Notes: a model not told the origin generated them from the letters alone. DNA of 64,000 bases from Patescibacteria group bacterium (GCA_035291665.1 DATDRP010000003.1:148549-212548); one strand, 5' to 3'. Numbered from the stretch's first letter, positions 9,596-20,248 are shown. A program made the numbers and translations.

Positions 9596-11521
9596 TTATT
9601 TCTTCCCCACCAACTTCTCGAATCCTTCTCTGTCAAGAGTTTCGTATTTTAACAAGCCTTCGGCAACTTTGTCCAGTTTTGCTTTATTTTTCTTGACCAG
9701 AATAACCGCAATCTTATATGCAGAATCAACTATCTTCATTATCTCGTTATCTACCTTTTCCTGGATTGCGGGAGAGATGTTTGCGGGCTCATAGTACATA
9801 GCCTTTCCCATCTCATCGGAATCGTATTGCGGACCCAAATTAACAGGCCCCAATGAACTCATGCCAAAGTCCACCACCATCGCCCGGGCAAGGCGTGTGG
9901 CCTGCTCAATATCATTACTTGCGCCCGATGTCATCTCCTTAAAAATTACTTCTTCAGCGGCCCGACCTCCAAGCATGGCCGTAATTTGCTGAAGAATTCT
10001 TGATCTTGTTTCATGAGTTCGATCAGCTGCCGGAGGAATCAAAGTATGTCCAAGACTCATTCCACGCGCAACTATCGAAATCCTTTGTACCGGATCCATA
10101 AATTCCTGGAAATGGGTAACAATCGCATGACCGGCTTCGTGGTAAGCAGTTATTTTTTTATCAAGTTCCGACTGCAATTTTTTCTTCGCCGGACCGAGTT
10201 TCACTTTTGTTGCAGCTTCCTGAATATCGCTCATTTCAATTTCTTCTTTATCTTCCCGGGCGGCTAATATTGCGGCTTCATTAAGCATGTTTTCTATATC
10301 CGCTCCTGAAAACCCGACTGTTGAATCGGCAATCCTTACCCAATCAATCCCTTTTGCCATTTTTTTACCTTTTGCGTGAATTTTTAATATTGCATCTCTT
10401 CCGTCTTTGTCCGGCATATCAAGCATCACTCTTCTGTCAAAACGTCCCGGGCGAAGGAGTGCCGGATCAAGTAAATCCCCTCTATTGGTGGCGGCGATCA
10501 CAACAACATTATCGTTTGGAGTAAAGCCATCCATTTCCACCAAAATTTGATTCAAGGTTTGTTCGCGCTCATCATGGCCACCGATAAAACCCCGTCCGCG
10601 CTGCCGCCCAATTGCATCAATTTCATCAATAAATATGATTGATGGAGCTTGAGCTTTTGCGGTTGAAAAAAGGTCTCTCACACGGGACGCTCCGACTCCG
10701 ACTAACATTTCCATAAACTCGGATCCGGCCATGGAGAAAAAAGGAACCCCCGCTTGTCCGGCAACTGCTCTTGCAAGAAGAGTTTTTCCGACACCAGCCG
10801 GACCAAAAAGAAGAACTCCTTTCGGAGTACGCGCTCCGATTTTCCTGTATTTTGCCGGATTCTTCAAAAAATCCACCACTTCTTCAAGTTCTTTCTTGGC
10901 ATCATCAACTCCGGCAACATCGTCAAAGGTAACATCCTGTTTTCCTTTGGCAAATAGCTTTGCTTTACTCCGTCCGAAAGAAAAAATATCCTGCGCATTT
11001 TTATTTTGAGCCCTAAAGATTGCGATAAATATAATTGCCGTGATAAGAAGTGGAAGAAGAATACCCAAGATTTCGCCAAATGCTCTTGAGAAAGACTGGT
11101 CAACAACTTTATATTTCACATCTGAAGGTTTTTTACCAATTTTATCCAGAAGTTCTGAAAGAGAATCTGTACTTTCTTTGGTAGTAGTTTTTGTTGAACC
11201 GTCTTTATACGTCAGAACCAGTTTTGAATCCTGAACAACAATTTCGTCAACTTTATCGTCTTTTATATCATTCAAAGCTTGCGATATATCAAGTTTCTGT
11301 TCAAGGTTGGAAATTTCAAAAATTGAAGCAAAAAAAGGTGCGAAAAAGATAAACAAAAAGACTGCAATCAAAATTTTCCATAAATTAATTTTGATTTTTA
11401 ATTCTACTTTTCTCTTTTTTACGCCATTTGCAAGGGGCTTACCTGTTTTCAATAATCCGCCGAGGAGTCTCTTCTCGATCGGATTTTGTTTTTTATCTTT
11501 ATCTTTACTCTTCTTTTCCAT
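9596..11521 (-). CDS. ftsH: ATP-dependent zinc metalloprotease FtsH
   Basis: Two TM helices, [28 protein letters not shown]. Confidence 0.98.
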   Translation of the reverse strand: MEKKSKDKDKKQNPIEKRLLGGLLKTGKPLANGVKKRKVELKIKINLWKILIAVFLFIFFAPFFASIFEISNLEQKLDISQALNDIKDDKVDEIVVQDSKLVLTYKDGSTKTTTKESTDSLSELLDKIGKKPSDVKYKVVDQSFSRAFGEILGILLPLLITAIIFIAIFRAQNKNAQDIFSFGRSKAKLFAKGKQDVTFDDVAGVDDAKKELEEVVDFLKNPAKYRKIGARTPKGVLLFGPAGVGKTLLARAVAGQAGVPFFSMAGSEFMEMLVGVGASRVRDLFSTAKAQAPSIIFIDEIDAIGRQRGRGFIGGHDEREQTLNQILVEMDGFTPNDNVVVIAATNRGDLLDPALLRPGRFDRRVMLDMPDKDGRDAILKIHAKGKKMAKGIDWVRIADSTVGFSGADIENMLNEAAILAAREDKEEIEMSDIQEAATKVKLGPAKKKLQSELDKKITAYHEAGHAIVTHFQEFMDPVQRISIVARGMSLGHTLIPPAADRTHETRSRILQQITAMLGGRAAEEVIFKEMTSGASNDIEQATRLARAMVVDFGMSSLGPVNLGPQYDSDEMGKAMYYEPANISPAIQEKVDNEIMKIVDSAYKIAVILVKKNKAKLDKVAEGLLKYETLDREGFEKLVGKK

Positions 11522-11612
11522 AGGAAAATTACGTTTGAATTATAACATGGAAAGGTTGTGGGTGATAGGTTGTAGGTTGTTGGATATTTTTCGAATTTTT
11601 ATGATCCTGATC

Positions 11613-11876
11613 TCAAGATCTTTCGCGTCTTGACCGTCTTATTGTACAAAAAGTTCTTGCTAAACATTTTGAACAGGGTAAATTTTTAATGACTTCATAA
11701 TTAAGCATTCCGATATGGTCTCTCAGCTCTGCTGCATTACTGTAATGCTTCTTTGATTGGGCTTCATCGGAAGAATTTAAAGCAAGCTTTGCGCATTCCT
11801 GTTCTTCTTGGGACAATTCATCTCCCAGCTGAACCAGCTGTTCTCTACGGCAGGATGAAAAGTTGTAGGTTACCAT
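11613..11876 (-). CDS. Hypothetical protein
   Basis: 87-aa ORF with ATG start and CxxC; no recognisable family. Confidence 0.55.
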   Translation of the reverse strand: MVTYNFSSCRREQLVQLGDELSQEEQECAKLALNSSDEAQSKKHYSNAAELRDHIGMLNYEVIKNLPCSKCLARTFCTIRRSRRERS

Positions 11877-11973
11877 AAACCTCTATTCTTAATACTATGG
11901 GTAAAACAACTTTTGCGGTTAATATAGGTAAATCGCAAGTAAAAAAACACCATAGTCTTCAAGTCGTGGCAGT

Positions 11974-12504
11974 CTATTCTTCGAAATAGGTTTTATTAAC
12001 TTTTCTTAGACTTTTCCTTCCTGGCATGTACATATATTCCAGTTCTGCGGTAGTCACCTCACCAAAACCAATTGATACGGGTATACCCGAATATTTTCTT
12101 AACAACTTAGGGCTTATATCATCAAAAAAACTTAATATTAAACCTTCTTCCTTCGTTACATCCGATGAAAATTTATCATTGAAAACTACAAGCGCAACCT
12201 TTTGAATATTCAGGTCAACCCACAGCTGTCCGTAAACTATTTTCTCCCATTTCATTCCTTCTTGTTTAAGAATTATATCCAAATATTCATGCTTATTTAT
12301 ATTCGCAAAAATATTTTTTCTATTACCGTAAAGGTCTGTTGTGTGTGCCAAAAAAATATAAGGCGCAGAAAATTCTTGTGTCTTCACCTTGGTTAAAATT
12401 CCAAGGTTTCCCTTATCCAAAACTGAATCATAATATACAGGATATGGAAAACCCATTATTTCAGAGGGTAAATTTGAACGTTTGACAGTTTCTGCCGGTG
12501 ACAT
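11974..12504 (-). CDS. Hypothetical protein
   Basis: 176-aa ORF filling the intergenic space. Confidence 0.65.
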   Translation of the reverse strand: MSPAETVKRSNLPSEIMGFPYPVYYDSVLDKGNLGILTKVKTQEFSAPYIFLAHTTDLYGNRKNIFANINKHEYLDIILKQEGMKWEKIVYGQLWVDLNIQKVALVVFNDKFSSDVTKEEGLILSFFDDISPKLLRKYSGIPVSIGFGEVTTAELEYMYMPGRKSLRKVNKTYFEE

Positions 12505-12516
12505 GTTTAAAATAAA

Positions 12517-12622
12517 CTACCCCACCCTACGTTACGCTTAAGGTGGGGTATTCCTTTCGGACAAGTTTGTTCGCTGCTTCGCTTCATCCCCACCCTACAG
12601 GCGGAGTATTCGCGAAGTTCGA
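12517..12622. mobile_element. IS200/IS605-like non-autonomous palindromic remnant
   Basis: Two related hairpins, TACCCCACC...GGTGGGGTA and TTCATCCCCACCC...GGCGGAGTATT; no transposase ORF. Confidence 0.55.
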
Positions 12623-12665
12623 ATAGAGAAGCTATTTTAACAAATATATAACTAAATACAAAAAA

Positions 12666-13046
12666 CTACATCACTTTTGTTCCGTTGGGTACTTTTTTTG
12701 GAAGTTGGAAAAGAACCGGTTTTTCAAAAACTTCCTCTCCTTCAACTACAACAAATGCTTTATCTGAAATCTCGACGGCCATCAACATCATTCCTTCTGA
12801 AAAATCACCCTCCGGACCGATTTTTTTCTTCTCCAAATTAGTGATAAACGGGAATTGTTTTCCTTCAAGGTCCTCTGGTTTATAAAAATGCATTATCCCG
12901 GCGAAAACGACCCTCTCGCCAATCTCGGTGCCCAGGTCGACTTTCATCTTCATCACCCAATGGCTCCACTCCGGTACTTCTGCCTTGATTACGGTTCCTA
13001 CCCTGATATCTAACTTTTGAAAATCTTGAATTGATATCGTACTCAT
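12666..13046 (-). CDS. tRNA-binding OB-fold protein (CsaA/Trbp111/MetRS C-terminal-like)
   Basis: DFQKLDIRVG, VDLG, AGI, NL, SEGMML, VPNG motifs. Confidence 0.88.
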   Translation of the reverse strand: MSTISIQDFQKLDIRVGTVIKAEVPEWSHWVMKMKVDLGTEIGERVVFAGIMHFYKPEDLEGKQFPFITNLEKKKIGPEGDFSEGMMLMAVEISDKAFVVVEGEEVFEKPVLFQLPKKVPNGTKVM

Positions 13047-13104
13047 ATCAGAAATAATAACACAAAAATATTAAGTATTAAAAAGAGGAGTGAAGAGGCT
13101 CAAT

Positions 13105-13443
13105 TTAACTTATTTTTGATCTATAGATAACAAGTGAAGCTAATTCAAGTTCTCTTTGAAATACTAGAATGTCATCAGGACAATGATTATCGTTTGTCTT
13201 GTTTTTTACATCTTGATAAGCCTGTTTATGAATTGAGTCTGCCTGGGTTTTGTCTAATGTAAGATATGACTCAACCCCACCCGCAGAATATATAACACCG
13301 TCACAATCATAATCACCTTTCGAATTGCATAAAAAAGTATTAACAACTTTACACATTACTCTCCCCTCCTGAGGTTTTTTTAAGACCTGAGCTTTTACCG
13401 CCTCCGGACTTGAGCCGTTGCCTGAATGACGTGGAAACTCCAT
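13105..13443 (-). CDS. Hypothetical protein
   Basis: ORF with own TTGACT/TATAAT promoter. Confidence 0.6.
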   Translation of the reverse strand: MEFPRHSGNGSSPEAVKAQVLKKPQEGRVMCKVVNTFLCNSKGDYDCDGVIYSAGGVESYLTLDKTQADSIHKQAYQDVKNKTNDNHCPDDILVFQRELELASLVIYRSKIS

Positions 13444-13511
13444 AGCAATGCGTATTATATAAAAAACCCATAGTAAGTCAAATATGATATGGGGCTTACG
13501 GGGTATAATAA

Positions 13512-13784
13512 TTATTTATTGTGTCCTAATGCTTTTATCGTATTTTCCCTAGTTATTTGTATTATTTCTTCGAGTTCCTGCCCTAAAGTCCTTCGAGGTA
13601 TCAAGCCAAGTTCAACAGAATAATCCGCCAAAGTGTTATATTTAGGATCGTTTTTCAATGCGCCCAAAGTATTGACTACTGTTCTACCTTCGCCATTGTC
13701 TTTCAACACAACCCCATCGATTTTTATATCACCTCTACCATTTATCGTGAGTGATTTGTTCCGTAGCTCCTGTAATAATCCCAT
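13512..13784 (-). CDS. Hypothetical protein
   Basis: ORF with own TTGACT-17-TACAAT promoter. Confidence 0.6.
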   Translation of the reverse strand: MGLLQELRNKSLTINGRGDIKIDGVVLKDNGEGRTVVNTLGALKNDPKYNTLADYSVELGLIPRRTLGQELEEIIQITRENTIKALGHNK

Positions 13785-13863
13785 AATTGCCTGAAATTGT
13801 AATTATAAAAAAATCTAAAGTCAAGAAGTCTTAAAAAACTTTAAATTTTAATTTTTTACTAAT

Positions 13864-15312
13864 CTAGAAATTCTCATGTCTCTTAATCAGTAAAACCCTC
13901 CATTTGGAATTTCTCAAGCTATATTTGTCGTCAACGACTCCATCCCTAAAACCGTTTATCAAATTTGCCGGGTCTTTCCGAACCTGATCCTCATCACCGG
14001 TTGTCACAACAAACAAATTATCCGTAATGTCATATTGGTTTTCAGGTAGGAATGTTACGTCTTTCACCAAAAGACTTTCGCGATAGATCACACCGAACGG
14101 ATCCGGATCAGGACTTTGTAAAACGGTGATATTTACATTCTTAAGATTATCGGAATGAACCCGGCTGGCAATATAATTATTGATAAACCTTACAGTCAAA
14201 GCACTTGGTTCACGAACAGGTTTCGTCAAATAATCTCTCACCGATCCCAAACTTGCTGCAAGCATAAGAATAACTGTCAGCTTAACCACGTTCTCCTGAG
14301 ACTTTTCCCTTTTTGAAAAAAGCCAGACAACAAAGAAGCCTATAGATAAATAAAAATACCGATTGAAATATTCAGGTAAGAATGAAATTGCAACGATCTG
14401 AGTAAAAACAGGAAGAAAGTAAACAAGATTAACTTTCCGCTTGCGCGCATCGTTAATAACTAAATACGAAAAACTAAAAACTAAAAATAAAAATATTATG
14501 AGATTACCTCCCGATAAATGATTGAAAAGGAGTTTGAAATTATTAATTGTTGTAATTAAAAATACTGACATGTTCCCACCACCACTCCCGACAATATTCT
14601 CATGCAGAAAACGTCCGAAAAAAAGTCCCGGCGGTTTGAGAAGATCAAAAATAACAAACGGGATAAAAGCCGCTGCAAATGAAATTAATAGAAGTAAATT
14701 GTTTTTCAAATTCTGAAGCTTCCTTGATTTTTCTGTAACAAAACCCTTCACAAATAGAATCACTAGAAAGGTGGCGGTCGAAACAATTGAAAAATAATGA
14801 AGGTGAAAAGTCAGTCCAAAAAGAAATCCTGAAACCAGTAATAACTTACGATTGTTTTCGCTTTTCAGAAAAAATATTAAAGCCAAAATCTGTATAAACG
14901 GAACCAGATGGGGATTCCAGGCAATCCTTGATGAGTCAACTAGTGGAAACCACAAAAGAGTTAAAATTGACGCCCAAAAGATAAATTTCTTATTTACTAA
15001 ACTCACCAAATAAACCAATAAAATCGCTGTCGCGACTCCGTAAAATGCAGCTCCCAAGGCCAAGGAATCCGGCTCAAAATTACCCCAGTATGAAAAAGGC
15101 AATAACATATAGAAAGTTAACGACGGATAAATAATATTTTTAGCGCCATTTATGGGACCTATTAGTGTGATATCTTTAGTCACCCAAATCCGATGAATAT
15201 CACGAAGATTTCTTGCATCATCATGATCGAATCTTGTGGTCGCGGAAAGATTATAAAAACGTGTGAATAAAAGCGCGAAAACAAAAATTATAAGAAGTAT
15301 TTTTCGAAGCAT
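13864..15312 (-). CDS. ArnT/PMT-like GT-C membrane glycosyltransferase
   Basis: TM1 followed by RF..L..FDHDDARN, LIGP, SRIAWNP, many TM helices; ATG at 15312 preferred. Confidence 0.8.
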   Translation of the reverse strand: MLRKILLIIFVFALLFTRFYNLSATTRFDHDDARNLRDIHRIWVTKDITLIGPINGAKNIIYPSLTFYMLLPFSYWGNFEPDSLALGAAFYGVATAILLVYLVSLVNKKFIFWASILTLLWFPLVDSSRIAWNPHLVPFIQILALIFFLKSENNRKLLLVSGFLFGLTFHLHYFSIVSTATFLVILFVKGFVTEKSRKLQNLKNNLLLLISFAAAFIPFVIFDLLKPPGLFFGRFLHENIVGSGGGNMSVFLITTINNFKLLFNHLSGGNLIIFLFLVFSFSYLVINDARKRKVNLVYFLPVFTQIVAISFLPEYFNRYFYLSIGFFVVWLFSKREKSQENVVKLTVILMLAASLGSVRDYLTKPVREPSALTVRFINNYIASRVHSDNLKNVNITVLQSPDPDPFGVIYRESLLVKDVTFLPENQYDITDNLFVVTTGDEDQVRKDPANLINGFRDGVVDDKYSLRNSKWRVLLIKRHENF

Positions 15313-15380
15313 ATACAAATTCTAACAAAAATTTCGCATATTTTTTGATAATTGTCACATTCGATAATATAATTCCTGGC

Positions 15381-15839
15381 ATGAGTGAAAGATATATAAA
15401 AGAAATTCATCCCGACGGAAGAAGTTTTATAAATAAGCCCATTAATCCAGACCTACCTAAGGTGCTAATTGTCGATGATGAAAAAGACCTGGTTGAATTA
15501 TTTGTAGCCGGCTTGAGGACGCGAGGGTTCAACGCAACAGGACTTTTCATCAACCTGAGGGTTGATGATAATCAAGCATTCAAAACAATAACGAATACTA
15601 TTCGTGATAAATGCCAGAAAAGAATATTGGTGATTGATTACGGCTTGGGAGCTATTGATGCGCGACTAATACTTGAACGTTTGACCGATGAAACCAGAGC
15701 AATCATACTTTCAGGAGCAAGTTCGAGTTTGAAAACATATTTGGAATTTCGAAAGAACGATCTTGAAGTGTTGGTTAAGCCAGTGAGTTTTAAGAGTTTA
15801 GTTGATACGATCATGAACCCTGCACCCTCTACAAAATAA
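15381..15839 (+). CDS. Stand-alone response regulator receiver domain
   Basis: VLIVDDE, VIDY, ILSG, KP motifs; ATG 7 nt after TATAAT. Confidence 0.8.
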   Translation: MSERYIKEIHPDGRSFINKPINPDLPKVLIVDDEKDLVELFVAGLRTRGFNATGLFINLRVDDNQAFKTITNTIRDKCQKRILVIDYGLGAIDARLILERLTDETRAIILSGASSSLKTYLEFRKNDLEVLVKPVSFKSLVDTIMNPAPSTK

Positions 15840-15904
15840 ATCCAACTTTTTCATAAACTTCCTTCAGCTTCTTTCCTGAAATCTCTCTTTCAATAAAAAT
15901 ATTT

Positions 15905-17362
15905 TTATTCTATCAGCTTATTAATTCCCATTTTTTCCCTGACCTTTTCAACTGTCTCAACAACAACTTTACGTGCTCGTTTTGTCCCCTCAATTAAAAT
16001 CTCTTTTGCTTCATCAGGTCTTTCTTCATAATATTTTCTCTTCTCTCTTATTGGTGCAAGAAAATTATTTAAGGCAACAAATAACTTTTCTTTCACTTCA
16101 ATATCCCCCACTTTCCCATTCTTATACCTTTCTTTCAAATCAGATACTTCCTCTTTATTGGGATTAAAAGCGTCGTGGTAGATAAAAACAGGATTACCCT
16201 CTACTTTACCCGGATCTGTGGGGTGAATTCTATTGGGATCAGTGTACAAAGACATTACCTTTTTCTTCAAAGTTTCTTCATCATCGGAAAGAAGAATTGC
16301 GTTTCCGCCGCTTTTACTCATCTTTAATTTTCCATCGGTTCCGATAAGTCTTGCAACCCGACCAACTTTTGCTTCAGGAATAACAAATGTTTCACCATAT
16401 GCTTGATTAAAATCCCTGGCAATTTCCCTTGTTTGTTCGATAACCGGCAATTGATCTTCCCCAACCGGCACTAAGTTGGCATTGAAACCTAAAATGTCAG
16501 CAGCCTGAAGGATAGGATAAATAACAAAACCAACCGAAGGATCCAGTTTTTTGTATATAATTTCTTCTTTAACACTTGGATTTCTCAATGCTCTGGAATG
16601 CTTTACCATCGTTAAAAATAATCCATAGAGTTCATATATTTCAGGGATTCCCGATTCTAAAAATATAGTAGAGACATTGGGGTCAATTCCGACCGCAAGG
16701 TTGTCCAAAAAGACGTTATAAACATCCTCGTTTATCTTTTTTGAATTCTGATAGTTATTTGCATAGGCATGAATATTAGCCAAAAGAATATAAGTTTCAT
16801 ATTCACTTTGAAGTTTAACTCTGTTCTCCAAAGTTCCTAAAAAATGCCCAATATGCAATTTTCCAGTAGGTGTATCACCTGTTAAAATTCTTTTTCTTGT
16901 AACCAACTGAGCCACGTCAACAACTTCACTCAATGGAATTTTATTAAGATCGAGGGATCTATATTTTGTGGTTACTGAAAGACTGCCAGATCCTCCATAA
17001 ACAAATTCATTTTCAAAAACCCTCTTGTCAATTAAAGTTTTCAATCCTGTTAAATAATGTGCTGCACCGGAAGGCAAACCTGTTAATTTTGAGAATTCAT
17101 CACGGTTTGCAATTCTCAATTTCTTAACCTTTAATGCTTCTTTTGTTTTCTCCATATCAAGTTCTGTATCGCCTCTACGGATAATAGCAACAAAATTATC
17201 ATCAGCTTTCATCAGTAGTACCGCCGAACTCTCACTAATGGGTAGATTTAGGTAACTCATCACTTCTATTACATCAATTATCTCCGGGTGCTCTAAAAAT
17301 TTATGTTCTATACCTAATTCGCTTAAATATTTGCTGTATTCTTCAACGATTTTATTTATCAT
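15905..17362 (-). CDS. trpS: Tryptophanyl-tRNA synthetase with N-terminal YbaK/ProX-like domain
   Basis: [34 protein letters not shown]; first about 150 aa YbaK-like (EHP, TGLPSGA, GGSG). Confidence 0.93.
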   Translation of the reverse strand: MINKIVEEYSKYLSELGIEHKFLEHPEIIDVIEVMSYLNLPISESSAVLLMKADDNFVAIIRRGDTELDMEKTKEALKVKKLRIANRDEFSKLTGLPSGAAHYLTGLKTLIDKRVFENEFVYGGSGSLSVTTKYRSLDLNKIPLSEVVDVAQLVTRKRILTGDTPTGKLHIGHFLGTLENRVKLQSEYETYILLANIHAYANNYQNSKKINEDVYNVFLDNLAVGIDPNVSTIFLESGIPEIYELYGLFLTMVKHSRALRNPSVKEEIIYKKLDPSVGFVIYPILQAADILGFNANLVPVGEDQLPVIEQTREIARDFNQAYGETFVIPEAKVGRVARLIGTDGKLKMSKSGGNAILLSDDEETLKKKVMSLYTDPNRIHPTDPGKVEGNPVFIYHDAFNPNKEEVSDLKERYKNGKVGDIEVKEKLFVALNNFLAPIREKRKYYEERPDEAKEILIEGTKRARKVVVETVEKVREKMGINKLIE

Positions 17363-17373
17363 ATTTTTATAGT

Positions 17374-18760
17374 TTATTGTATCACCCTCACTGGGTCTTT
17401 TAATTTAGTAAGAAATATCGATCGAGATTGAGGTCTATAAGCACCAATGAGTCTAGTTTCAAATCCTCTTCCATCAATTACAACTACAGGTGGTCTTTCA
17501 AACGAATCGAAAACAGCCGATAGTGCAAGTAGATTGGCAATTTGATGTGATGCTGTATATCTTGCCAGATCACGGTTGTATTTCCTCCCAAACATCTCAA
17601 CGTAATGCGTAAACTGATGATTTACTCTCATTTCCAAATTTTTTTCGCTAACCAATCTTCCCCCTCCATTTTTTGCTTCTTTGATAGCTTCCGAACAGAT
17701 TTTTTCATATTCATCTTTTTTTCCCGTTCTTTCAAGAAATCCAGTTAAAGAATCTACTGTTTCGATATCTTTATTCTGCTTTTTAAGGTATATAACATAA
17801 TCATTAGCTTGTCTTCGAGCACGATCTTTAGTTTGTGAATCTATCAATGGATTATTATCGGGAAAGAGATATTCCAAATCACGATCTGCAGCCAATACGG
17901 TTAGGCTGGATTTTATTCCATAATGACTTAGTAATTGCCTAATCGACTTAAGTCGCTCAAAAATCCCAATCTCATCAGGATAAACCCTTTTTTCCCCACT
18001 TAATCCAATGGATCTTGCTTGTTTTGTATTGGAGATAATTTCAAGTCCCCCTTGTTTTGGGTATGTATATCGCAAACTTTTTATATGAACCAAATTAATC
18101 GGCATTCCGCTTTCTAATGAAAACAATAAAGAACTTTTAAAGATCTTCTCGTTTACAATTGGTTCCGTTTGAAGAAGTTGCAGCTCCAGCAAACAACTTG
18201 AAAAATATTCTGCTTTTTTTGCTCCTACAGAATCAACTGCAAATATATAATCATTTTGCAGTTGGTCCTTATATTTATTAACCGCCAACTCAACCAAATA
18301 GGATATCTGCACTTTTGGGTCCTTCATTCTTGTTTGCAGTTCGTTTTGGACGATTGTTTTCGCTTTTAAATGAAGTGAAGGAAAATCAGAAAATTGCCCC
18401 AAAGCGGGATTAGCCTCAAGGTTTCTAACTTTTAAAGCTATTTCTTTTAACTCTCCAAAATTTTTTCCGTTTGTCGTACTCATTTTTTCTAATATCAAAT
18501 AATCAAAATTGCTCAAACCATCAATATTTCTTTTGTCTTTAAGATGTTTTAAGGTGTACTCATACGTACACTTAATCAATCTTGTAATTTCTGTTTCATC
18601 TGTTGGTAACTTAATATTTTGATAGGTTGTTTCCTCTATAACATTCTTTAGTGTTTTAGTAGGATACAGAAAACTCTTCCTTTGCAATCCAAACTAACCC
18701 CTGCTCGTTTTCAGAACTAGGGGTCCCTTTCATAACATTTAGTTCAATTTCTTTTGACAT
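17374..18760 (-). CDS. Hypothetical protein with apparent +1 frameshift near its N-terminus; possible HUP/class Ic synthetase-like fold
   Basis: 437-codon main frame 17374-18687; upstream ATG 18760 frame overlaps it and stops at 18656; LTVLAAD motif. Confidence 0.6.
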
Positions 18761-18769
18761 ATTCTTTAA

Positions 18770-18816
18770 ACAAAAAGCCCTTGTAAAACCACCAAAAAGA
18801 TGATCTTACAAGGGCT
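18770..18816 (-). terminator. Intrinsic terminator of the T-box leader
   Basis: AGCCCTTGTAAGATCATC / GGTGGTTTTACAAGGGCT stem followed by TTTTGTTT. Confidence 0.85.
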
Positions 18817-19040
18817 CTTCCTAATAAGGGCTAATGCCACCTTGTTTCGTTGTCTTAAATGAAAAATCCCGATTTAATCGGGACGTCAAATAAGTAAACC
18901 TTATTCATGACGTACTCCGTTTAAGCTTGCACTGAGCTTGCTGAAATGACATACGTTGCAGACTTTTACGGTTTCGCCTCCGTGATAGACTATCGCCTAC
19001 CCAGCTCCGGGATCCCAATCAATCCCTTCACAGCTTTTAA
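18770..19040 (-). promoter_or_regulatory. T-box riboswitch leader (degenerate)
   Basis: 5' AAAGCTGTGAAGGGA, T-box-like AAACAAGGTGGCA (18835-18847) able to pair with CCTTGT, overlapping strong terminator; upstream of the trpS operon. Confidence 0.7.
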
Positions 19041-19196
19041 TAAATTGTATGAGCATATTATCAAATATAATCCCAAAACGCAAATTTAAATTATTTATTG
19101 TCTCCAACCTCACTCTGTATCACTGTACCAGTACGGTGATACGGACGCTTTTAGAATTGATATATATTGAAGTAAGCTGAAGTAAAAAGGATGAAA

Positions 19197-19523
19197 TCAA
19201 TCTCCTTCTCTTTCTCTTTTTATACCAAATAATATTATCCGCCTAAACAGGTTCATTTTTTCTATTTGTTCAGTGTCTTTACAAGAAAGGGCTTCTTGAC
19301 GGAATTTTTTTGCACCATTACTGGCTTGTCGTATTATGGAACCTCTCATATCACCAAGTCCCTCTTCAGCTAAAACTAAAGCCGCCTCATCCTCATTTAA
19401 TTCCCTACCCAATTCTCTTTTCTTAGCTGATATAATCCCCTCAGCTCGTTCAAAATATTTCCCTTCTAAACCGTATTTATAAGCTAATATTTCAAAAAGA
19501 GTAAGTTCTCGCTTCATGTTCAA
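19197..19523 (-). CDS. Hypothetical protein
   Basis: 108-aa ORF, TATGAT -10 box just upstream. Confidence 0.6.
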   Translation of the reverse strand: MNMKRELTLFEILAYKYGLEGKYFERAEGIISAKKRELGRELNEDEAALVLAEEGLGDMRGSIIRQASNGAKKFRQEALSCKDTEQIEKMNLFRRIILFGIKREREGD

Positions 19524-19559
19524 GTATCATATATTTTCCTGAAGTAAAAAGGAAGAAAA

Positions 19560-19928
19560 TTAACTTGCGTGCATTCTTCGTTCAAATTCATTTATCAGAA
19601 GAATTATCCTGTTTGACAAGTCCTCACTTGTTTCGCTTTCTCCAGGAATAATAAATATGATATCCCCATGGCGATATCTTTCGGGATGTTTTTCAAGCTC
19701 GGCGTTTATTCCACCCCATGAACTTTTTACCGACAGTTTATACCTTTTTCTGCCTTTGCGTATTTCAAAGTCAACTCCTTTTATATCTAACCCCCTGCTA
19801 TGTATCACCCCATCAAGCTTCTTCTTGTCTTTCAATAATTCTAAAGCGCTTCTGATTCTCCTCTCACTGTTATTTCCTTTTTCTTTATGGATTGTCCTGA
19901 ATAAACTTTCAATGCTTCGCGTTGTCAT
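19560..19928 (-). CDS. Hypothetical protein, possible PD-(D/E)XK nuclease fold
   Basis: N-terminal E, DIKGVDF...LSVKSS pattern. Confidence 0.55.
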   Translation of the reverse strand: MTTRSIESLFRTIHKEKGNNSERRIRSALELLKDKKKLDGVIHSRGLDIKGVDFEIRKGRKRYKLSVKSSWGGINAELEKHPERYRHGDIIFIIPGESETSEDLSNRIILLINEFERRMHAS

Positions 19929-19996
19929 TGGAAAGAAATATACATCAAACTGAAGGTAAAAGGAAGCTAATCAATTGTCGATTATTGTGCTTGCTG

Positions 19997-20228
19997 TGCC
20001 AACGATAGGAATCGAACCTATGGCCCGTCGCTTATGGCAAAAGGATTTTGACATGTCGATCCAGATTCGCCATAACGAATCAAGGATTCGATATGTCACA
20101 AAATTGTGGTGCCAAGGGAGAGGATCGAACTCTCGACACCGCGCTTATGAAACGCGTGCTCTACCACTGAGCTACCCTGGCAAATTTTGTGTCATGAAAC
20201 GCGTGCTCTACCACTGAGCTACGTTGGT
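19997..20228 (-). tRNA. Outer, interrupted tRNA (anticodon CAT) with a 160-nt insert; may be a pseudogene
   Basis: 5' half ACCAACG-TA-GCTC-AGTGGTA-GAGC-A-CGCGT-TT-CAT (20228-20194); 3' half AA-GCGACGGGCC-ATAGG-TTCGATT-CCTAT-CGTTGGC-A (20033-19997). Confidence 0.75.
20107..20181 (-). tRNA. tRNA-Met(CAT), intact, CCA encoded, nested in the outer tRNA
   Basis: GCCAGGG TA GCTC AGTGGTA GAGC A CGCGT TT CAT AA GCGCG GTGTC GAGAG TTCGATC CTCTC CCTTGGC A CCA folds into a full cloverleaf. Confidence 0.95.
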
Positions 20229-20248
20229 TAGATAAAAGTTCGAATGTG

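Noticed and set aside
20034-20110. CRISPR array from the 19-21-nt periodic hairpins
   Set aside because: No identical repeats with unique spacers, and no cas genes in the window.
20034-20195. Group I intron explanation for the tRNA inserts
   Set aside because: Inserts are 160 and 122 nt, much of it a whole tRNA, with no recognisable P3/P7 catalytic core.
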